A stretch of 52,567 bases of DNA, counting the filler, from Catajapyx aquilonaris (lineage: Eukaryota): assembly GCA_000934665.2 (NCBI GenBank). It is 3 parts of 3 records of this genome, joined end to end, with 100 filler letters (N's around TTAATTAATTAA, not from the genome) between each part and the next. Parts side by side here need not be neighbours in the genome. Positions count along the whole stretch, not along the records: positions 35,149 to 52,567 come from KZ539620.1; 2 more parts are not named here. One strand, given 5' to 3'. The position numbers were made by a program, and so were the translations under genes. The notes beneath the pieces are model-generated. The model saw only the letters and a program-made list of their open reading frames with translations. It was not told where the DNA came from and made no database searches. Of the stretch, positions 48,201-52,567 are shown piece after piece; the first letter of the stretch is position 1; each line of letters starts with the position of its first letter.

Positions 48201-48648
48201 AGGTCCGTTCCAAAAGCAGCTTTTAATGCACAATCATGCTGTGACAGCTCCCTTGCACTGCAGCTGTACAGCTGGAGGGGTATGTCACAGCGGCAGGGAA
48301 TGCCACAGCTGAGAAGCTGAGAGAAGCTGTGACAACCATTGTAGATGCAGCATTCCAGACCCAGATTGCTAGAGCGAAATGGGAAGGGCTCCCGGACACT
48401 CCTGACCAATCAGATCACAGATCAAGGTCATGTTATCAGTTCCCAATGGATTTTTCCCCGCCCCTTGCCAAACTTCCTTCCATCTCCATTGCCATGTTTT
48501 CCATTGTGGCCATATGCTATGTCACTACCACAGCTGACCGTAAATAGTTTATTTTGGAAAAGGCATCACTAGAGGTAGCTGTGACAGATGCAGCACGAGG
48601 GTGCTGTCACAGCATGACTGCATAAAAAAGCTTCTTTGGAAACAGACA
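48201..48648. mobile_element. Older PIF/Harbinger MITE with TIR related to 41484-42071
   Basis: aggtccgttccaaaagcagcttttaatgcacaatcatgctgtgacagc ... gctgtcacagcatgactgcataaaaaagcttctttggaaacagac. Confidence 0.75.
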
Positions 48649-48836
48649 ATTATACCTGTAGTTTGAAGAAACTGCAATAATTCAACATGACTTCCCAACA
48701 CATGGGATTGGGGCTACATGCTAAATTGCAAATAGCAATGAGAAAATAATATCAGTATGGATATCACTTGTAGACATTAATGAGGCTCAGTCTAATGCAG
48801 CCCCTTGTCTATTCGAGCCTAGCCCTGTGTTGAAGG

Positions 48837-49042
48837 TAGTTTAATATAAAAGTCTCCGCCATGCGGGGAATGTGGTGCTGGTACCCCCCCACCCCTTCGG
48901 GCCGCCTTCGGAACCAACCCAAACCATCCTTTCCTCGGAGGGCGTTTGCAGACTAGGATTCGGGTGGCTGGCAGCGGTAGATCCCTGTGGGGGTTCGCAA
49001 GAGCCAAATTTCCCGTCTGGCGGAGACTTTTATATTAGACTA
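48837..49042. mobile_element. MITE with long imperfect TIR (TAGT...ACTA ends)
   Basis: tagtttaatataaaagtctccgcca / tggcggagacttttatattagacta. Confidence 0.85.
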
Positions 49043-49131
49043 TGGTATCATAGGAGTGACAAGGGAACTGGTCTAATGGTATCTCCCTAATATGGCCATT
49101 TATATGACAGAAAACTTTCTGATTGCATATA

Positions 49132-49449
49132 CACTGTACTCCCGATTATCCAGGCTAATGGCGCTGCAAGGGTGTTGCCGAATAATCAGAAAACACGGAT
49201 AATCGGAAAGGGGTCCTAGATACCGTAAAATGAGATACTAACAGGTTTTTGATGAACAACTGTACATACTGTATTCTGCTTAAATAAGGTTGAATCAAAA
49301 TTAGAAAAATTTCCTTAGATTTTTAGTTTGATTTCAGGAAATAGTCTGTTACATTTCTTTGTTTGCGAGAAAAATTGACATTTTTTCCGACTTTTCTTTA
49401 TTTTAGCCATGCACGGATAATCCGCACCCGGATAATCGGGAGTACAGTG
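49132..49449. mobile_element. pogo/Tigger-type MITE
   Basis: TIR cactgtactcccgattatcc / ggataatcgggagtacagtg; TA on both sides; repeated ggataatc motifs. Confidence 0.9.
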
Positions 49450-49591
49450 TAGTTAATAATTTTTTTAAATAATTAACACAATAGGAACATGACCCCCATC
49501 ACAAAACATTGGTGCCAGGTGTGCCCTATTGTATACCGAATGTCCTGGATGGATAATAATGTACTTGAAAAAAACCCAGGAACACAAGACA

Positions 49592-49774
49592 TCAGTCACT
49601 GTCACTGTCACTCTCATCTATGTACATAAGATTAGAAGCCCCTGTCTTTGGGCGGGTGCCTTTTGTGGCAGCAGCTGTAGTGGATGACGTAGCTTTTTCA
49701 TGTTGAGTCACCCTTGGCTTATTGAATGATAACCTTGTCTGGATCAATGTGGTGTCAAGCTTGCCAAATCCACT
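49592..49774 (-). CDS. Candidate last exon of an unidentified gene extending to the right
   Basis: Acceptor attctcccttccag| then open frame SGFGKLDTTLIQTRLSFNKPRV...LMYIDESDSDSD*. Small GT-AG-bounded candidates near 50947-50990 and 52005-52062 could not be joined unambiguously. Confidence 0.4.
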   Translation of the reverse strand, partial: SGFGKLDTTLIQTRLSFNKPRVTQHEKATSSTTAAATKGTRPKTGASNLMYIDESDSDSD

Positions 49775-49970
49775 CTGGAAGGGAGAATAATGCTGTACTG
49801 TACATGTCATTCCTACATTTACTCATACTCTATCACTTGTGACCAGTTCATGGCAACATACTGCTATAAGAGAAATTATGTCCTGTTGCTCCATAATTGA
49901 GCCCTACTTAGAAATCACAGTGGCCAGAGTCAAGGGGTTGGATGATCAGATGAATCACATACATTTAGAG

Positions 49971-50235
49971 AAGTGGTTCTCAACCTTTTTCCTTGCGACC
50001 CCAACTACAACCTTCCCCGACCTGGCAACTCATATTACCCCCCACCAGATCCAAAATTTTTGAGAAGTTGAACAACAATCACACTAATAGATGGAGAGAC
50101 TCAATATAGGAGTCAGAAAAGGGATCAGAATGGATCAGAAAGGTTAAAATAAAAGAGTGGTGGTCTTCCCCGCTACCTTTAAAAACATGCTGGCGACTCA
50201 ACTTTGGGTCGCAACTGATGGGTTGGGAATCACTG
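49971..50235. mobile_element. hAT/Charlie-type MITE
   Basis: (a)agtggttctcaacc ... ggttgggaatcactg; 8-bp TSD atttagag/gtttagag (7 of 8 match). Confidence 0.8.
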
Positions 50236-51082
50236 GTTTAGAGGATGAATCCCCCATATACATATGCAAGCCCAGGGAAAAAGAAGACATGTGTAATTTT
50301 GCGTACAGTGTAATCTGTGTTATTTGTTTATCACCTCACTCACCCACATTATCACCATCGTTATTTCACTCTCTCATTGTTCACCTCACCCACATGTCAC
50401 CATCGTTTCATCATCATATTTTTGTAAACAGTGTTTTCTGAATAAAAGGGGCTGCACCAGGGCAATTCGAGTCAGTCGGGTCTGAGCACTCATAGAGTAA
50501 GGTAGCTCTCGAACCTTGCTCCAATTGTTAACCCCTGATTAGACCTGTCCTGAGTGTAGTGTTGATTGTTGAACAGTGTGTGTAATTGTTGGGCTGGTGT
50601 CTATACCTGGCCAGCTCCCGCTTGTGAGTGCCACCGCTACATGGTATGTGTGTTGACAGTGTTGTATATGTGTGTTGTCTATAGGGTGAGTGGTACTTAA
50701 GTGCTTCCACCATCCTGACGAAATAGTCGGCGGAAGCCTGGACAGGGTCACTGTAGTGGCATTCAAGAAATACCAAGTTTTGGCGCTACACATATAGAAT
50801 AGGCAATACTGGGAGAATTTCATATGTTTTTATCAGAATGTCCAATCCCTTGCCTTGAGTGTTCCCACATCAGACACACCTATACTACTTAATATTAAAA
50901 GGGGTTTCATGTACCATACTTCACCATGTAAGTAAGGATCAACTTACTGCCTCCAGAGCATTTTAATATCTGACTTCTGAAACTTGCCTAACAAGATGAA
51001 GCAGTATTTCACATGAGGGACTTGCCTGCAGAAATATACGCATATAGGTACAGTACCCCTCATAAATAATGGTACGACTGTA

Positions 51083-51693
51083 CACTGCAAATCATGTGCT
51101 GACTATGTGCTATGTCGTAGATAGCACAAGGTGCTCTAGTTAGCACGGGGAAATTTGAATCTTAAGTCAGCACCGACTCAGCACATGCGCGAGACCGTGC
51201 TGACTGGATAAATAGTCAGCACACGGTGTGCTGAACCAAATACTTAGGCAGCACACCAGTCGGCACATGAAAGTCACATGATAAATCCAGACAGCACAAT
51301 CCCATCTGCGCATGATTCATGCGCTCATCCGCTCTTGTGCTTTGTCCAGCGGGGGAAAACCTCAGGCTTGCCATTGTGTTGGAGTCGGTTGGAGTGCAAG
51401 TTGCTCTCATTTCTGCTGCACAGGTGACATTGGTGACACGGCAAGAAGACGGACTTGCAAATATAGGCTATATACTTGCAAATTCTTTGCTCATTTTTGC
51501 ATTCACTGCAGGAATGGCAGTGAAGACTCAGGTGGGGGGAGGTGGAGGAGGGGCTGGGGCAGGTGGGGGGAGGGAGGAGGAGCAGGGGTATCCTGTGCTG
51601 ACTCTGATTCTGTGCTGACACCAGACGGCACAAAAAAAAAACACTTTTGTGCTGGCTCGGAGTCAGCACATAGCCAGCACATGATTTGCAGTG
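51083..51693. mobile_element. CACTG-ended MITE with TA duplication (EnSpm/CACTA-like)
   Basis: TIR cactgcaaatcatgtgctg(a/g)ctatgtgct; repeated agtcagcac/gtgctgact subterminal motifs. Confidence 0.8.
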
Positions 51694-52143
51694 TATGGAT
51701 GAAACGTTTATCCTGTTCTCAACTCCTGGATCGCCGGCATGTTTTTAGTGTTGCAAGGAAGTCAGGGAAAATGGAATCAAAATACAGTAGAAAAGAGAAG
51801 AAAAAAACAAGGCAAAGTAGGAAGATTTTAGGGGGGAAATTCACATTAAACCTACGTAAGCATTGTACCTGGTTGAACATTTTGGTATTTAAATATTTCA
51901 TTAAAAATTCGGGATGGGTCATACGAGTTGCCAGAGGTCCAGAAAGGTTGTCCATAGGATCATGTCAAAATAAGGTTGGGAACATTTCGTCCATAGAGTC
52001 ATACCATTCCACAGTGCGGCAGTATCGGAAAAAGCTGGTCAAGTCCCCAGTTCAATTGTGACCTGGGAAGTGCATGAATTTTCAAAATTTTCATTCAAGG
52101 AGCACATTTTTATAGAATGTGCATGTGAATGAGTCATTGGAAG

Positions 52144-52454
52144 AACATGGCAGCAGTGAACCCCATATATGTATAGAGAACCATAGTAAAACATACAGCC
52201 TAAATCATCCCAAGACAATTTTATTCAGTCAAGGAAGCCATTGAGAATAAATGTGTCCTCTACATAAAATGACCGAAAATTGTTATTTTAAAAATGGAGG
52301 CCGTGAATCCAATATAATTATGTATAGAGAGCCTTAATAAAACATAAAACCCAAATCATTCCAAGTCAATTTTGTTTGGTCTAGGAAGTTATTCAAAACG
52401 AATGTGTCCTCTACATGAAACAACAGGAAAATGTTATTTTAAAAATGGCGACCG
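52144..52454 (+). repeat. Two diverged ~150-bp tandem units, Helentron/HINE-like internal array
   Basis: tatgtatagaga...aaatcat(c/t)ccaag...aatgtgtcctctacat...tgttattttaaaaatgg occurs twice. Confidence 0.75.
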
Positions 52455-52476
52455 TTCACAATGTAAGATATATATA

Positions 52477-52567
52477 CAGGGTGTTTATTGTAACTCTGCA
52501 AAGACTTTCAGGGGTAATAGAGGGGACCAAGACAAGTATTTTTGACATAGGAACCCGTGTCCGGAAA
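52477..52567 (+). mobile_element. Left end of a Tc1/mariner-type element running off the window
   Basis: TA|cagggtgttt start; other end not visible. Confidence 0.45.

Noticed and set aside
51312..52061. 249-aa plus-strand ORF
   Set aside because: Crosses the end of a MITE into unrelated sequence; no recognisable domain.
1..52567. CRISPR array or prokaryotic operon-like system; all genes on the minus strand
   Set aside because: No regularly spaced repeats, and the genes are spliceosomal. The strand bias across independently oriented contigs is plausibly chance.

Overview
Eukaryotic, intron-containing, transposon-rich animal DNA (invertebrate; arthropod is my guess, not proven). Two identical 100-bp spacers (44N-TTAATTAATTAA-44N, at 17427-17526 and 35049-35148) split the window into three ~17.4-17.5 kb pieces that are probably unrelated concatenated contigs. 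All genes I could model are on the minus strand. Segment 1 holds a probable 3-coding-exon C2H2 zinc-finger gene (13 fingers), a paralogous single-finger first exon, an F-box/LRR gene with a single coding exon, and a conserved intronic block that recurs upstream of three zinc-finger exons. Segment 2 holds DSCC1 (6 exons), ESD/S-formylglutathione hydrolase (3 coding exons) and a 4-exon, 137-aa, 4-cysteine, probably secreted protein I cannot name. Segment 3 holds ZC3H15/DFRP1 (6 exons) and a possible last exon of another gene. The rest is decayed mariners (two with internal fold-backs), many TIR MITEs (Tc1/mariner, pogo, hAT, PIF/Harbinger, CACTG-ended), Helentron-like elements, microsatellites, and tRNA-derived SINEs whose bodies and 3' tails appear swapped between families. 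I see no CRISPR array, rRNA or genuine tRNA gene, and no clear-cut new system. The best leads are the 4-Cys secreted protein, the repeated zinc-finger cassette and the modular SINEs. All exon boundaries were read by eye.
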